Positions 18,751 to 27,967 are shown, counted from the first letter of the stretch. The stretch: 32,000 bases of DNA from an uncultured Opitutales bacterium (GCA_934691225.1 CAKUSQ010000001.1:180001-212000); one strand, 5' to 3'. Numbers and translations: made by a program. The notes: generated by a model not told the origin, from the letters alone.

Positions 18751-19974
18751 ATGACTCTATTTTCAGATTTTAAACTTAACAACTCTATTCTTAAATCGTT
18801 AACTGACTTAAAATACGGTGAACCTACACCTATTCAAGCACAAGCAATTCCCTTTATTTTACAAGGGAAAGACTTTCTTGGTATAGCTCAAACAGGTACA
18901 GGGAAAACAGCTGCATTTTCGTTACCTATCCTACATCTTTTGAATGAAGAAGCTTCTTCAAAGCAAACTATTTTGCCTCGTGCTCTCATTTTAACACCTA
19001 CACGTGAATTAGCCGCACAAATTTTAACAAATCTAAAACGATACGGTGAACATTTACCATTGCGATTTACAGCAATTTTTGGTGGTGTTAATGAAAAACC
19101 TCAAATACGGGATTTGAAAAAAGGTGTCGATATTTTGGTAGCCACACCCGGCCGTTTAATGGATCTTTATCATCGTAAAATTTTTTCCCTTAAAGGTGTT
19201 CATTTTTGCGTACTTGACGAAGCAGATCGTATGTTAGATATGGGATTTTTACCAGACGTACGAAAAATTATGAAGGTTCTATCTGAGGATTGCCAAACGT
19301 TACTATTTTCAGCAACCCTACCCAAGGAAATTGAAAATCTTGTAACAGAATTTCTGCACGATCCTGCACAAGTTAATATAACACCTCCAACCAAAACCGC
19401 TGATACCGTTGAACAATATTTATTTTTCATTCCTAAAGCCCAAAAGCAAGAGATGTTACAACACATTTTAGTAGACAAATCTTGCGAACGAGTTATTGTA
19501 TTTTCAAAAACAAAATTTGGTGCCGAACGTATAGGTCGAAACTTAAAGAAAGAAAACATCGACAATTGTACACTACACGGCGATAAATCTCAAAAAGAAC
19601 GCCAAAAAGCACTACAACATTTCCGTAAAGGTGACGTAAAAGTTTTAGTTGCTACCGATGTAGCTTCGCGAGGCATCGACGTCTCCAATATCTCACACGT
19701 CATTAATTTTGATTTACCTGATGAACCAGAAAATTATATTCATCGAATCGGGCGAACAGGTCGAGCAGGTAAAGGCGGAATTGCATTTTCTTTCTGCGAT
19801 GCTTTGGAAAAACGTTTACTAAGAAATATTGAAAGAAAAATACAATTGCAAATACCTGTTATCTCAGCACGAAAATTTTGGACCGATTTTGAACCACAAA
19901 AGGAAACACCTGCTGTAAAACCTAAAAAACCTCGCAAAAAGCGTCCACAGTTTCGTAAAAAACGTTCTGTCTAA
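18751..19974 (+). CDS. DEAD-box ATP-dependent RNA helicase (RhlE-like, short basic C-terminal tail)
   Basis: 407 aa. Q motif (F.....L..L.Y..PTPIQ), AQTGTGKT, PTRELA, DEAD, SAT and HRIGRTGRAG. The tail is KPKKPRKKRPQFRKKR. Confidence 0.92.
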   Translation: MTLFSDFKLNNSILKSLTDLKYGEPTPIQAQAIPFILQGKDFLGIAQTGTGKTAAFSLPILHLLNEEASSKQTILPRALILTPTRELAAQILTNLKRYGEHLPLRFTAIFGGVNEKPQIRDLKKGVDILVATPGRLMDLYHRKIFSLKGVHFCVLDEADRMLDMGFLPDVRKIMKVLSEDCQTLLFSATLPKEIENLVTEFLHDPAQVNITPPTKTADTVEQYLFFIPKAQKQEMLQHILVDKSCERVIVFSKTKFGAERIGRNLKKENIDNCTLHGDKSQKERQKALQHFRKGDVKVLVATDVASRGIDVSNISHVINFDLPDEPENYIHRIGRTGRAGKGGIAFSFCDALEKRLLRNIERKIQLQIPVISARKFWTDFEPQKETPAVKPKKPRKKRPQFRKKRSV

Positions 19975-20594
19975 CGTTTACTTAGTTGATTTTTTTGCAT
20001 CTGCTCTTGTATTTTATCCTTAATTTGTTCTAACACATCGTAATTAACAACGTAGGTTTGACAAAACCAATCGTGAATACCTCTATGCAAAGCGTTTATG
20101 CACACACAGAACAAATTAAAACACATAAAAAATGGCCAGGCTGTAAACAAAAAAAATGAAAATGCTCCTGCACGCAAGGTACTATCCAAAAATGTAGGTG
20201 TTTTAAAATTAGGCAATTTCAAAACCCTTAAATTTAAGATTTGCTTCCCCAATGTGTTTCCTTTTAAAAACAATGCACTTAAAGAAAAATAAGCCCATGT
20301 AATCAAAAAAAGCGAACGATCGATGGATGCAAACATATCAACAATTATTTGCTGCTCGTTCATCTGTTTCAACAACTCAGAAAACTGTCCTGAAGCTAAT
20401 TGCGTCATATAAGCATCCAACAGCAATCTAAACTGCATAAAACCCTCTGCATAATGCAAAGGAATTAAAATCTTCCCAATGATCAACAAACTCAGAAAAA
20501 AAACAAGGATTAAATCCAAAAGAACAGCCACCACACGACGTCCCATTTGGGCAGGCGGCAACATCAAATTAAGTACATTCACTGGCGTTGACAT
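19971..20594 (-). CDS. RDD-family membrane protein
   Basis: 207 aa. GRRVVAVLLDLILVFF starts the domain, followed by GNTLGKQILNLRVLK and RGIHDWFCQTYVV, the RDD-domain pattern. Its stop overlaps the convergent helicase stop (CTAA). Confidence 0.7.
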   Translation of the reverse strand: MSTPVNVLNLMLPPAQMGRRVVAVLLDLILVFFLSLLIIGKILIPLHYAEGFMQFRLLLDAYMTQLASGQFSELLKQMNEQQIIVDMFASIDRSLFLITWAYFSLSALFLKGNTLGKQILNLRVLKLPNFKTPTFLDSTLRAGAFSFFLFTAWPFFMCFNLFCVCINALHRGIHDWFCQTYVVNYDVLEQIKDKIQEQMQKNQLSKR

Positions 20595-21463
20595 AAATGA
20601 TAAGCTTGTAATGTATTTTTCATAAGCATAGCGACCGTCATAGGCCCTACTCCACCCGGAACTGGCGTTATAGCCGCAACTTTATCAGCTAAATCTTCCA
20701 TATCTGCATCTCCTTGCAACACATAACCTCGTTCATTATCAGCGGGAACACGAGTAATTCCAACATCAATAATGACAACCCCTTCTTTTACAAAATTTCG
20801 ATTAAAAAAATGTGGCCGTCCGCAAGCCAAAATAAGAATATCAGCTGTTTGTGTAATTTGTTGCAAATTCTCCGAATGAGAATGACAAAAAGTTACTGTG
20901 GCATTACCCCACTGCGATGGTCTCAATAATAACGCACCTAAAGGTTTACCCACAATTAAACTTCGATTGACAATAACCACATGCTTACCTTCAATAGGAA
21001 TATGATAGTATTTTAAAATTTCAACAATCCCCGCGGGCGTACAAGGAATAATGCACGTTTGATTTTGCTGAATACGGCCACAATTAATCACTCCAAATCC
21101 ATCGACGTCTTTTTCAGGCTTAATTGTATCAACGATACTTACAAAATCCATCGACGAAGGCAAGGGCGCTTGAACTAAAATACCATCCACTTCTGGATCT
21201 CGATTTAAACGATCGATTTCTTCTAAAAGTTGCCTTTCCGTTGTTGTTTTAGCATCAAAAACTTTTAAAATGCTCTTAATACCTACCCAAGCCGCTTTTT
21301 CAGATTTTTGACGGACATAGGAAACAGAAGCACCGTCATCTCCCACACGTAAAAAAGCAACACATGGAGGGCGACCTTTAATATTAGCTACACTTTCCTT
21401 CACTGATTGCAAAATACTTTCAGCAACCACTTTACCTGACAAAATTTTACAATTCACACACAT
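20579..21463 (-). CDS. folD: bifunctional methylenetetrahydrofolate dehydrogenase/cyclohydrolase
   Basis: ILSGKVVAE...P..A.LRVGDD.AS..YV..K.K......I......F.......LL..I..LN.D..VDGILVQAPLP......D.I.P.KDVDGF...N.G....PCTP.G......VV.NRS..VGKP...LL...NATVT.CHS....PVPGGVGPMT. The first ATG is at 21463; the ORF-track start at 21472 is a TTG. Confidence 0.92.
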   Translation of the reverse strand: MCVNCKILSGKVVAESILQSVKESVANIKGRPPCVAFLRVGDDGASVSYVRQKSEKAAWVGIKSILKVFDAKTTTERQLLEEIDRLNRDPEVDGILVQAPLPSSMDFVSIVDTIKPEKDVDGFGVINCGRIQQNQTCIIPCTPAGIVEILKYYHIPIEGKHVVIVNRSLIVGKPLGALLLRPSQWGNATVTFCHSHSENLQQITQTADILILACGRPHFFNRNFVKEGVVIIDVGITRVPADNERGYVLQGDADMEDLADKVAAITPVPGGVGPMTVAMLMKNTLQAYHLCQRQ

Positions 21464-21794
21464 CTTCAACAAAAATTAGCAAATAAGGTTCCTTATTTAC
21501 GTATTGTGGCATGCCCTTGACAATTACATTTTTACCTACAAAACTTTCTAAAAGCTGAGGCATACGAACTTTTTCTTTGCTATCCAATAAAGCAATGCAT
21601 TGCTTTTTTTGATAAAGGCAGTATTTACGATGCGAAGATAAAGAAGCAAAAAAGCCAAGCTTTTCGATCCTTCCTTCAAAATTACGAACAGAAACTTGAT
21701 AGGCGTTTTCATTTTGAACGACTCTCGAAGGTGCTACAACACCTTCTAAAACACCACAGAAACAAAGATATAAAAATAAAAAAACCTTTAACAT
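21447..21794 (-). CDS. hypothetical small exported protein (115 aa)
   Basis: N-terminus MLKVFLFLYLCFCGVLEGVVAP is signal-like. Both ends overlap conserved genes: 7 nt with the pseudouridine synthase and 17 nt with folD. No family recognised. Confidence 0.45.
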   Translation of the reverse strand: MLKVFLFLYLCFCGVLEGVVAPSRVVQNENAYQVSVRNFEGRIEKLGFFASLSSHRKYCLYQKKQCIALLDSKEKVRMPQLLESFVGKNVIVKGMPQYVNKEPYLLIFVEDVCEL

Positions 21795-22516
21795 TTTTTT
21801 TGAAAAATTTGCTTAATTTCATTGATGGACAATTTGCGAGACTGTCCCGGCATCAATCGCTTATCCAGAACAAGTTCACCAATTTTCCAACGTTTCAATC
21901 TTAACACCTCATACCCAAAAGAAAACAACAATCTTCGAATTTCTCGCTTTTTCCCTTGTTGAAGAACAACATCTATCTTCCTTGAATTAACCTCGTATAC
22001 AGCTTTAAACCTCAAAAACTCTCCTTGGCACTCACGACCATTTTTTAATAAAGCGATCAAACTTGGATCCCAGGGTTTATCTAAATGAACACGATAAACT
22101 TTTTCAATCCCAGAGGAAGGATGCGCTACCTTATTAGCAAAATCCCCATCGTTCGTTAACAACAACAAACCTTCGCTGTCTTTATCTAAACGACCCACAA
22201 ATTCCCACTTTTGTCGACGTAAAGCATTCGGGATATAAGGCAATAATGTGTGTTGAGAAAATGGATCGCTATGAGTACAAATAACCCCTTTTGGTTTAAA
22301 TAACATCCAAACTTCCTGCAAAAATTGAATCTGTAATAAACGTGGCGATAATTTTCTTTTTCCTACAACAAGGGTATCCTTGCCACAATCTACTTTCCTA
22401 CCTAAATGCGCTACCTCACCATTCACACAGACTTCACCATCTGCGATCATTTCCTCAGCATGACGACGTGAAATTCCATACACACGCGCCAAAACCTTTT
22501 GTAACCTTTCCTCCAT
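21788..22516 (-). CDS. pseudouridine synthase, RsuA/RluB/RluE/RluF family with N-terminal S4 domain
   Basis: 242 aa. Has an S4 region (RLQKVLARVYGISRRHAEEMIADGEVCVNG) and the catalytic motif GRLDKDSEGLLLLTNDG. Confidence 0.85.
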   Translation of the reverse strand: MEERLQKVLARVYGISRRHAEEMIADGEVCVNGEVAHLGRKVDCGKDTLVVGKRKLSPRLLQIQFLQEVWMLFKPKGVICTHSDPFSQHTLLPYIPNALRRQKWEFVGRLDKDSEGLLLLTNDGDFANKVAHPSSGIEKVYRVHLDKPWDPSLIALLKNGRECQGEFLRFKAVYEVNSRKIDVVLQQGKKREIRRLLFSFGYEVLRLKRWKIGELVLDKRLMPGQSRKLSINEIKQIFQKKC

Positions 22517-22660
22517 TGCTTTCTATTCAAAAGATCTTGTTTTTTTTGGCAACAAAAAAGCATACATAACATTTATTATTTGCCAGAAAGACTCGCTAAC
22601 GCTTTTATCCAATAACACTCTACTTTACAAATTACCTTTGAGATAAACAACGTTTTACCT

Positions 22661-22688
22661 AAAAAAAATGCTCGAGAAATCTCGAGCA
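22661..22688 (-). terminator. rho-independent terminator downstream of rpmG
   Basis: The minus strand reads TGCTCGAG-ATTT-CTCGAGCA followed by TTTTTTTT: a perfect 8-bp GC-rich stem (22669-22676 / 22681-22688) with a T8 tract (22661-22668), 22 nt after the rpmG stop. Confidence 0.7.
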
Positions 22689-22709
22689 CGTTTAAATTGC
22701 TAAAAGAAT

Positions 22710-22880
22710 TCAACCTTTAATTTCTCTATGAAGCGTATGACGTTTTAAAAAACGATTATACTTCATTTTTTCAACTTTTTCTGTCTGAAGCTTTTTATTG
22801 CGCGTCGTCATATAACGAGAAGCAGGTTTTCCCTCTTTGCGAGCTTCCGTACATTCAATAATTACGTGTTCTCTTGGCAT
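22710..22880 (-). CDS. rpmG: 50S ribosomal protein L33 (Cys-poor, zinc-independent form)
   Basis: Not in the ORF track (56 aa). Hand translation gives [56 protein letters not shown] then TGA. The Y.T.KNK....EK.E..KY......H..H.E.K pattern is bL33. Confidence 0.9.
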   Translation of the reverse strand: MPREHVIIECTEARKEGKPASRYMTTRNKKLQTEKVEKMKYNRFLKRHTLHREIKG

Positions 22881-22974
22881 ATAAATTCTTTGTTTATGGG
22901 TAATAAAGTAAATAGTTTTTTTATTATTTCAATATAAAAAACGACTTTTTTACACCTTGCCTTAAATTAAAACA

Positions 22975-23220
22975 CTAAGATTCCTCTTCTTCCTGTCGCT
23001 TTTTTATTTGTTGTTGCATCTCTTGTGTATATCGGCGCAACGATGACATCATTTGATCAAAAATAAAGCGTGTATTATTCTCTTTTATTTTCTTCTGTTT
23101 TTCCTCTTTAGTCAAATTTTCAAATTGAGCGACCTGATTTTCATCAACAGGTTGCTCTTCTGCCTTGAGAGTAACTTCTTTCGGCTGTATTTGTGCATTA
23201 TTTACATTATTTATAGACAT
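22975..23220 (-). CDS. hypothetical highly charged 81-aa protein
   Basis: ORF with an ATG start and its own intergenic flanks. Low-complexity, Gln/Glu/Lys-rich and predicted helical at the C-terminus (FIFDQMMSSLRRYTQEMQQQIKKRQEEEES). No family recognised. Confidence 0.4.
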   Translation of the reverse strand: MSINNVNNAQIQPKEVTLKAEEQPVDENQVAQFENLTKEEKQKKIKENNTRFIFDQMMSSLRRYTQEMQQQIKKRQEEEES

Positions 23221-23366
23221 CGTTAACCTTTAGTTAGAAGACGTTTTTATTTCATCTTTCTCTTCAGAAGAAGATTTCAAAATTAATGTGTCTTTTGTCA
23301 GTTTAAATTCAATAATACTTGCCATATGTTTATTATATATTTTATAAAATCAATAATCAAACAAAA

Positions 23367-24014
23367 ATGATCTACCCTTACCAATTGTTTCAAAATATAC
23401 CTGCTAACTGGACTTTTCGTGATAATTTCTCTTTAGAAATACCTGTGCACGAATGGCTTCCAAAAATAAATACTGCACTAACAATTTTCTTCTCACAATA
23501 TTCCCAAAAACAGCGGATTTTTTCTGAAATCCCACCCCAAGTCTTCATTAAAGGTGATGTATACATTGGTAAAAATGTTTCGCTTCCTCCTTTTGGTTAT
23601 ATTGAAGGACCTGCTTACATTGATGATCACTGTGTATTAAGACCAGGAGTATATATTCGCGGCAATGTCATTGTTGGTTCTCATTGTATGCTTGGCAATT
23701 CTTGCGAATTTAAAAATTCACTGCTTTTAGACCATGTTCAAGTTCCCCACTTCAATTACGTTGGCGACTCAATTCTAGGATCTTACAGCCACTTAGGTGC
23801 AGGTTGCATTTTATCTAACCTACGCTTCGATCGTCAACCTGTAAATATGCGAACTATTTCAGGTGAAAAATATAACACTGGATTAAAAAAATTAGGAGCT
23901 ATCTTAGGAGATTATGCAGAAGCTGGTTGCAATGCCGTGCTGCAACCAGGGACCTGTTTATTTCCAAATCAAAAAGTATATCCTTGTGAATCTTTTTCAG
24001 GAACACGTTGTTAG
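23367..24014 (+). CDS. hexapeptide-repeat (left-handed beta-helix) protein, GlmU/G1P-nucleotidyltransferase C-terminal-domain-like
   Basis: Repeated [LIV]-G-x4 hexapeptides: IGKNVSL, IEGPAYIDDHCVLRPGVYIRGNVIVGSHCMLGNSCEFKNSLLLDHVQVPHFNYVGDSILGSYSHLGAGCILSN. No nucleotidyltransferase domain. ATG at 23367; the ORF-track start at 23319 is a TTG. Confidence 0.65.
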   Translation: MIYPYQLFQNIPANWTFRDNFSLEIPVHEWLPKINTALTIFFSQYSQKQRIFSEIPPQVFIKGDVYIGKNVSLPPFGYIEGPAYIDDHCVLRPGVYIRGNVIVGSHCMLGNSCEFKNSLLLDHVQVPHFNYVGDSILGSYSHLGAGCILSNLRFDRQPVNMRTISGEKYNTGLKKLGAILGDYAEAGCNAVLQPGTCLFPNQKVYPCESFSGTRC

Positions 24015-24081
24015 GAAAAAACTTCAAAAAATCGTTGCTCTAAATTTCTGAAAACGTTTTAATAAGTTTCTTATTAAAGTT

Positions 24082-25470
24082 ATGCCAGATTTAATACAGG
24101 ATCATCCAATTGCTCAAAAGTTAGATCAATACACTTTTGAAGAGCTAAACCAGCATCTGGAAACGCATTTTGAACATTTAGATCCTAATAAATTGGCTAG
24201 GACTTCACCGCACGAAGTTGGACTTTTTCTAGAACGTTTAACGGTTGAAGAACGTCGAGCATTTTTACGTCGATTATCAGCTGAAAGCGCTTCTGATATT
24301 TTAGCAGAAATGGACGCTAAAGATTCTGCAGAAGTTTTAAGTGCCATGCGTGAATTTCGAGCTGCACGCATTATTGAACTTTTAGATGCCGATGACGCAG
24401 CCGATCTAGTTAGTCAATTGGATGAAACGGATCGAGTTCGACTTTTAGCTAGAATCAATCCTGAACTCGCATTCACACTGAGAAAACTTCTACGTTATGA
24501 TCCTAACACAGCAGGCGGTGTTATGAATCCAGAAGTTGCTGTTTTACGTTCCGGATGGACCTTAAATGAAGCCATTGAACATCTTCGAAAAGATCGAAAA
24601 AAGGTTGAAAATCTTTATAATTTGTATGTTTTAGATGAAAAAAATAGACTGTTAGGTGTTACTTCACTGAAAAATTTGATTTTCTCAGATCCAAGCAAAA
24701 TGGTCAGTGAAATCATGGATACGCAAGTAACATCCATCGCATGCCTTCCGGAAGTTGATAAAGTTTCGGTTGCTAACACAATGGCTGAATACAACCTAGT
24801 AGAAGTTCCCGTCATTGATGAAAAAAGTCGTCTATTAGGAGTTGTCACTCACGATGATGTTTTGGATATCGTACAAGAAGCTGCAACCGCAGATCTCCAG
24901 CAATTGCATGGTGCAGGTGCAGATGAAAGCATTCACGATACAATTTGGTATAGTTTAAGAAAACGAAATCCATGGCTCATCATCAATTTAATCATGGCTT
25001 TTTTCTCGGCTTACGTTATCTCAAAATTTGGACATGCAATTGAACAAGTAAGCTGGATGGCAGCTTTTATGACGGTTATTGCAAATTTAGGAGGAAATAC
25101 AGGTGCACAAACGTTAGCTGTTGCGATACGCGGTTTAGCTCTAGGAGATTTTCAAAAAGGTGATAGTCTCTTTATTTGCGGCAAAGAATTACTAAAAGGA
25201 CTTTTAAACGGTGTATTTATTGGTTTGTTAGGTGGGCTTATTGCTACATTTATGATGCACGATTCATTGATGGGCATCACCGTATTTTTATCCATGGCAC
25301 TTACAATGTTACTTTCCGGATTTGTAGCTGCCATTATCCCCTTAATTCTGAAATATTTTAATTTTGATCCTGCACAAAGTTCGTACATTTTTTTAACAGC
25401 TTTTACAGATATTGCAGGCCTATTTATATTTTTAAAATTAGGAACTTACTTTTTACTAAATAATGACTAA
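24082..25470 (+). CDS. mgtE: magnesium transporter MgtE
   Basis: 462 aa. Has the N-domain, a CBS pair (VMNPEVAVLR..., IMDTQVTSI...VPVIDEKSRLLGVVTHDDVLDI) and the C-terminal TM domain (GNTGAQTLAV.IRGLALG; PA....F.TAFTD..G). Confidence 0.92.
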   Translation: MPDLIQDHPIAQKLDQYTFEELNQHLETHFEHLDPNKLARTSPHEVGLFLERLTVEERRAFLRRLSAESASDILAEMDAKDSAEVLSAMREFRAARIIELLDADDAADLVSQLDETDRVRLLARINPELAFTLRKLLRYDPNTAGGVMNPEVAVLRSGWTLNEAIEHLRKDRKKVENLYNLYVLDEKNRLLGVTSLKNLIFSDPSKMVSEIMDTQVTSIACLPEVDKVSVANTMAEYNLVEVPVIDEKSRLLGVVTHDDVLDIVQEAATADLQQLHGAGADESIHDTIWYSLRKRNPWLIINLIMAFFSAYVISKFGHAIEQVSWMAAFMTVIANLGGNTGAQTLAVAIRGLALGDFQKGDSLFICGKELLKGLLNGVFIGLLGGLIATFMMHDSLMGITVFLSMALTMLLSGFVAAIIPLILKYFNFDPAQSSYIFLTAFTDIAGLFIFLKLGTYFLLNND

Positions 25471-26467
25471 TAACGAAATCTATCCTTCTGTTCAAAATTT
25501 AAAACAACTCGATAACGGAAGCTTATTTACAACTGTTGTTGTTGTCCGAAAAATTAACAAAAAACTAAGTAAAAACGGCAGCCCTTTTCTTCAAATTGAA
25601 GTAGGAGATGCCGTAGATTCTCTTTCATTCAATTGTTTTGAAGGAAGCGATATTTTCAATTTCTTTCAGCAACCTGCTACTCGATTTCCACAAATCATTA
25701 AAATCCAAGGCATTATCGATTTTTTTGCTGATAAACTAAGCCCTAAGATAAAAACGATTCAAGCCATTGATGATGCATCCTACGAAACTTATCTGGAACA
25801 ACTCATTGAAAAACCTGAAGAATCGCTTGATGCATTAAAAGAAAATCTAAATCAACTTATAGCTCAAATTTCGTATCCAGCTTTAGCTGCAACCGTACAA
25901 CAGGTCTTCAAGGATTTAGGAACAGGATTTTTCGATAGCGTTGCCGCAATTTCTATGCATCATGCCTACATTCATGGTTTATTAGAGCATACAGTACATG
26001 TAGGTCGTGTTGTTCAAAATTTAATCGAACTTTATCCAAATGTAAATGCCGATATCGCCTTAGCAGGTGCACTGCTGCACGATGTTGGAAAAGTCCTTGA
26101 ATATCACTATTCATTAGATGGTATTGAAAGAACTTGCGTAGGACGACTGCAAGGACATGTTGTATTAGGTTATCGTTTAGTACGAAGCGCAGGATTACGA
26201 CAAAAACTTCATCCCGTTTGGTTAGAACGCCTAGAACACATTATTTTATCTCATCAAGGTGAACCTGAATGGGGCGCTGCTGTTTATCCATCTACGCCCG
26301 AAGCTGTGCTTGTAGGTCTAGCTGACAATCTGGATGCAAAAATGGAAATGGTACATCACAATATGAAAAAAGCTATTGAAGAAATGCCATTTTCTGAATT
26401 TATTCAAGGATTGCAAACACGATTATTAACGCAACCACTTCCAGATCCTAATACTCAAACGTTATAA
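25463..26467 (+). CDS. OB-fold plus HD-domain protein, YhaM-like 3'-5' exoribonuclease/phosphohydrolase
   Basis: 334 aa. N-terminal OB region (KLSKNGSPFLQIEVGDAVDSL) followed by the HD domain (HHAYIHGLLEHTVHV...ALLHDVGK...LSHQG). Overlaps the mgtE stop by 8 nt. Confidence 0.75.
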   Translation: MTNNEIYPSVQNLKQLDNGSLFTTVVVVRKINKKLSKNGSPFLQIEVGDAVDSLSFNCFEGSDIFNFFQQPATRFPQIIKIQGIIDFFADKLSPKIKTIQAIDDASYETYLEQLIEKPEESLDALKENLNQLIAQISYPALAATVQQVFKDLGTGFFDSVAAISMHHAYIHGLLEHTVHVGRVVQNLIELYPNVNADIALAGALLHDVGKVLEYHYSLDGIERTCVGRLQGHVVLGYRLVRSAGLRQKLHPVWLERLEHIILSHQGEPEWGAAVYPSTPEAVLVGLADNLDAKMEMVHHNMKKAIEEMPFSEFIQGLQTRLLTQPLPDPNTQTL

Positions 26468-26469
26468 TG

Positions 26470-27393
26470 CTAAACCTCTTGCAAGGTTTTAAAGTGCATT
26501 TTAACAAATTTAGGTAATGCTTCACGTCCATGTTTTTCTATCAATGCAACAAGTGCCTCTTTGGCTTGAACACCTGCGCCTTTAGGAAGGTCGATGGTTG
26601 CTATATCGCTCAGTTTTTTCAATTGACGCACATATGCTGAACGAGCCACAATAGAAGCTGCTGCAACTATCGGATCTGATTCAGCGCGCACATGCTGCTC
26701 TAATCTAAAACCATCAACATGCAAATACTTACTTACTAAATCAGACTTTGTAAATTGATCTAATAACCCACTTTCAACAAAACGCTTTTTAAGAGCCCCT
26801 TCCAAAGCTTTTGCATGAAACCATGCTAATTGCTCATTTAAATTGCCAAAATTCTGATATAATTGATTGTACTTTTCCATTCCGGCATATGCTACTTCAA
26901 TCACAACGCCTTCAGGTTGATGTACCAATTTTTCCATTTTGAACAGTTGGGCATCGCTACTAATTTGTTTGCTTTCTTTCAAGCCATTCTTTAACCAAAA
27001 ATCAACAATATCTCCGTTCGCAATAACACAAGCTGCCACCAACGGTCCAAACAGATCACCTTTCCCGCTTTCATCCATACCTGCATGTGCAACAAACCAT
27101 TCAGGATGTTCCAAACGCTCTAAACCTAAACGTGGCTTTTTCGTGATTTCAGGCTCCAAAACATCTGTAACAAATGCTTCTGTGTTTTTGCCTTGAATCA
27201 CAACCTTACCGCTCGTATAAGCAACAACATTTATGCCTTCACTTCGATAAGCATATTGCGAATAATTAACAGCATAAAATTCCCAATTATGGGACTCAAG
27301 CCATTCAGCCAAAGCATCCATTTGTGGAAGCGTTAAAGGTAAAGTGTATATGTGCCTTACCTTTTCAGCCTTTTGCTCCGGCTTTTTCATCAT
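26470..27393 (-). CDS. rnhC: ribonuclease HIII
   Basis: 307 aa. N-terminal substrate-binding domain (VVAYTSGKVVIQGKN) plus the RNase HII-fold catalytic core (GMDESGKGDLFGPLVAACV ... AESDPIVAAASIVAR). Confidence 0.85.
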   Translation of the reverse strand: MMKKPEQKAEKVRHIYTLPLTLPQMDALAEWLESHNWEFYAVNYSQYAYRSEGINVVAYTSGKVVIQGKNTEAFVTDVLEPEITKKPRLGLERLEHPEWFVAHAGMDESGKGDLFGPLVAACVIANGDIVDFWLKNGLKESKQISSDAQLFKMEKLVHQPEGVVIEVAYAGMEKYNQLYQNFGNLNEQLAWFHAKALEGALKKRFVESGLLDQFTKSDLVSKYLHVDGFRLEQHVRAESDPIVAAASIVARSAYVRQLKKLSDIATIDLPKGAGVQAKEALVALIEKHGREALPKFVKMHFKTLQEV

Positions 27394-27402
27394 TATAAAA
27401 TA

Positions 27403-27960
27403 CTAAGCGCGACCTAAATAAGACCCATCGGTCGTATTCACACGGATCACTTCGCCTTCTTTAATAAACAAAGGAACTTGAACACGCAATCCTGTTTCAA
27501 CCACAACTGGCTTTTGAGCATTGCTAGCAGTATCTCCGCGCAAACCCTCTGATGCCTCTGTTACCTTCATCGAAATAGCTGCAGGCAACTGAATTTGAAC
27601 CGGCTTGCCCTCAACGAACAAAACTGAATACGCAACACCAGGAATCAAATAATCTTTTTGATCTTTCAACAAAGCAGCAGAAATCACCTCATCTTCATAC
27701 GTGTCTGAATTTAAAAAATGGTAACCCAAATCATCCACATACGAATATTCTAACGACTTTGATTCTACATAACAAAATGTTACAGTATCGTTTGAGTGAA
27801 ATTTCGATTTTGTCGATACTCCTGACATCAAATTGCGCAAAGTTACCTGAACAAAACCGGATTGGCGACCCTGTGTACGATGCTCAACCTCCAATGCCAT
27901 ATGAGGGACATTTTGATACAAAATCACATTGTTTTTACGAATATCTGTAGCTGAAGCCAT
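27403..27960 (-). CDS. efp: elongation factor P (Arg32-type loop)
   Basis: 185 aa with a three-domain EF-P pattern, including GLRGDTAS...KP..VETG..V.VP.FI..GE.I.V.T..G.Y..R. The loop tip reads RTQGRQSG. Confidence 0.93.
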   Translation of the reverse strand: MASATDIRKNNVILYQNVPHMALEVEHRTQGRQSGFVQVTLRNLMSGVSTKSKFHSNDTVTFCYVESKSLEYSYVDDLGYHFLNSDTYEDEVISAALLKDQKDYLIPGVAYSVLFVEGKPVQIQLPAAISMKVTEASEGLRGDTASNAQKPVVVETGLRVQVPLFIKEGEVIRVNTTDGSYLGRA

Positions 27961-27967
27961 AATAAAA

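Noticed and set aside
24015-24081. Possible Mg2+ riboswitch (M-box) upstream of mgtE.
   Set aside because: The intergenic region is only 67 nt, far shorter than an M-box aptamer of about 160 nt, and no extended pairing is visible.
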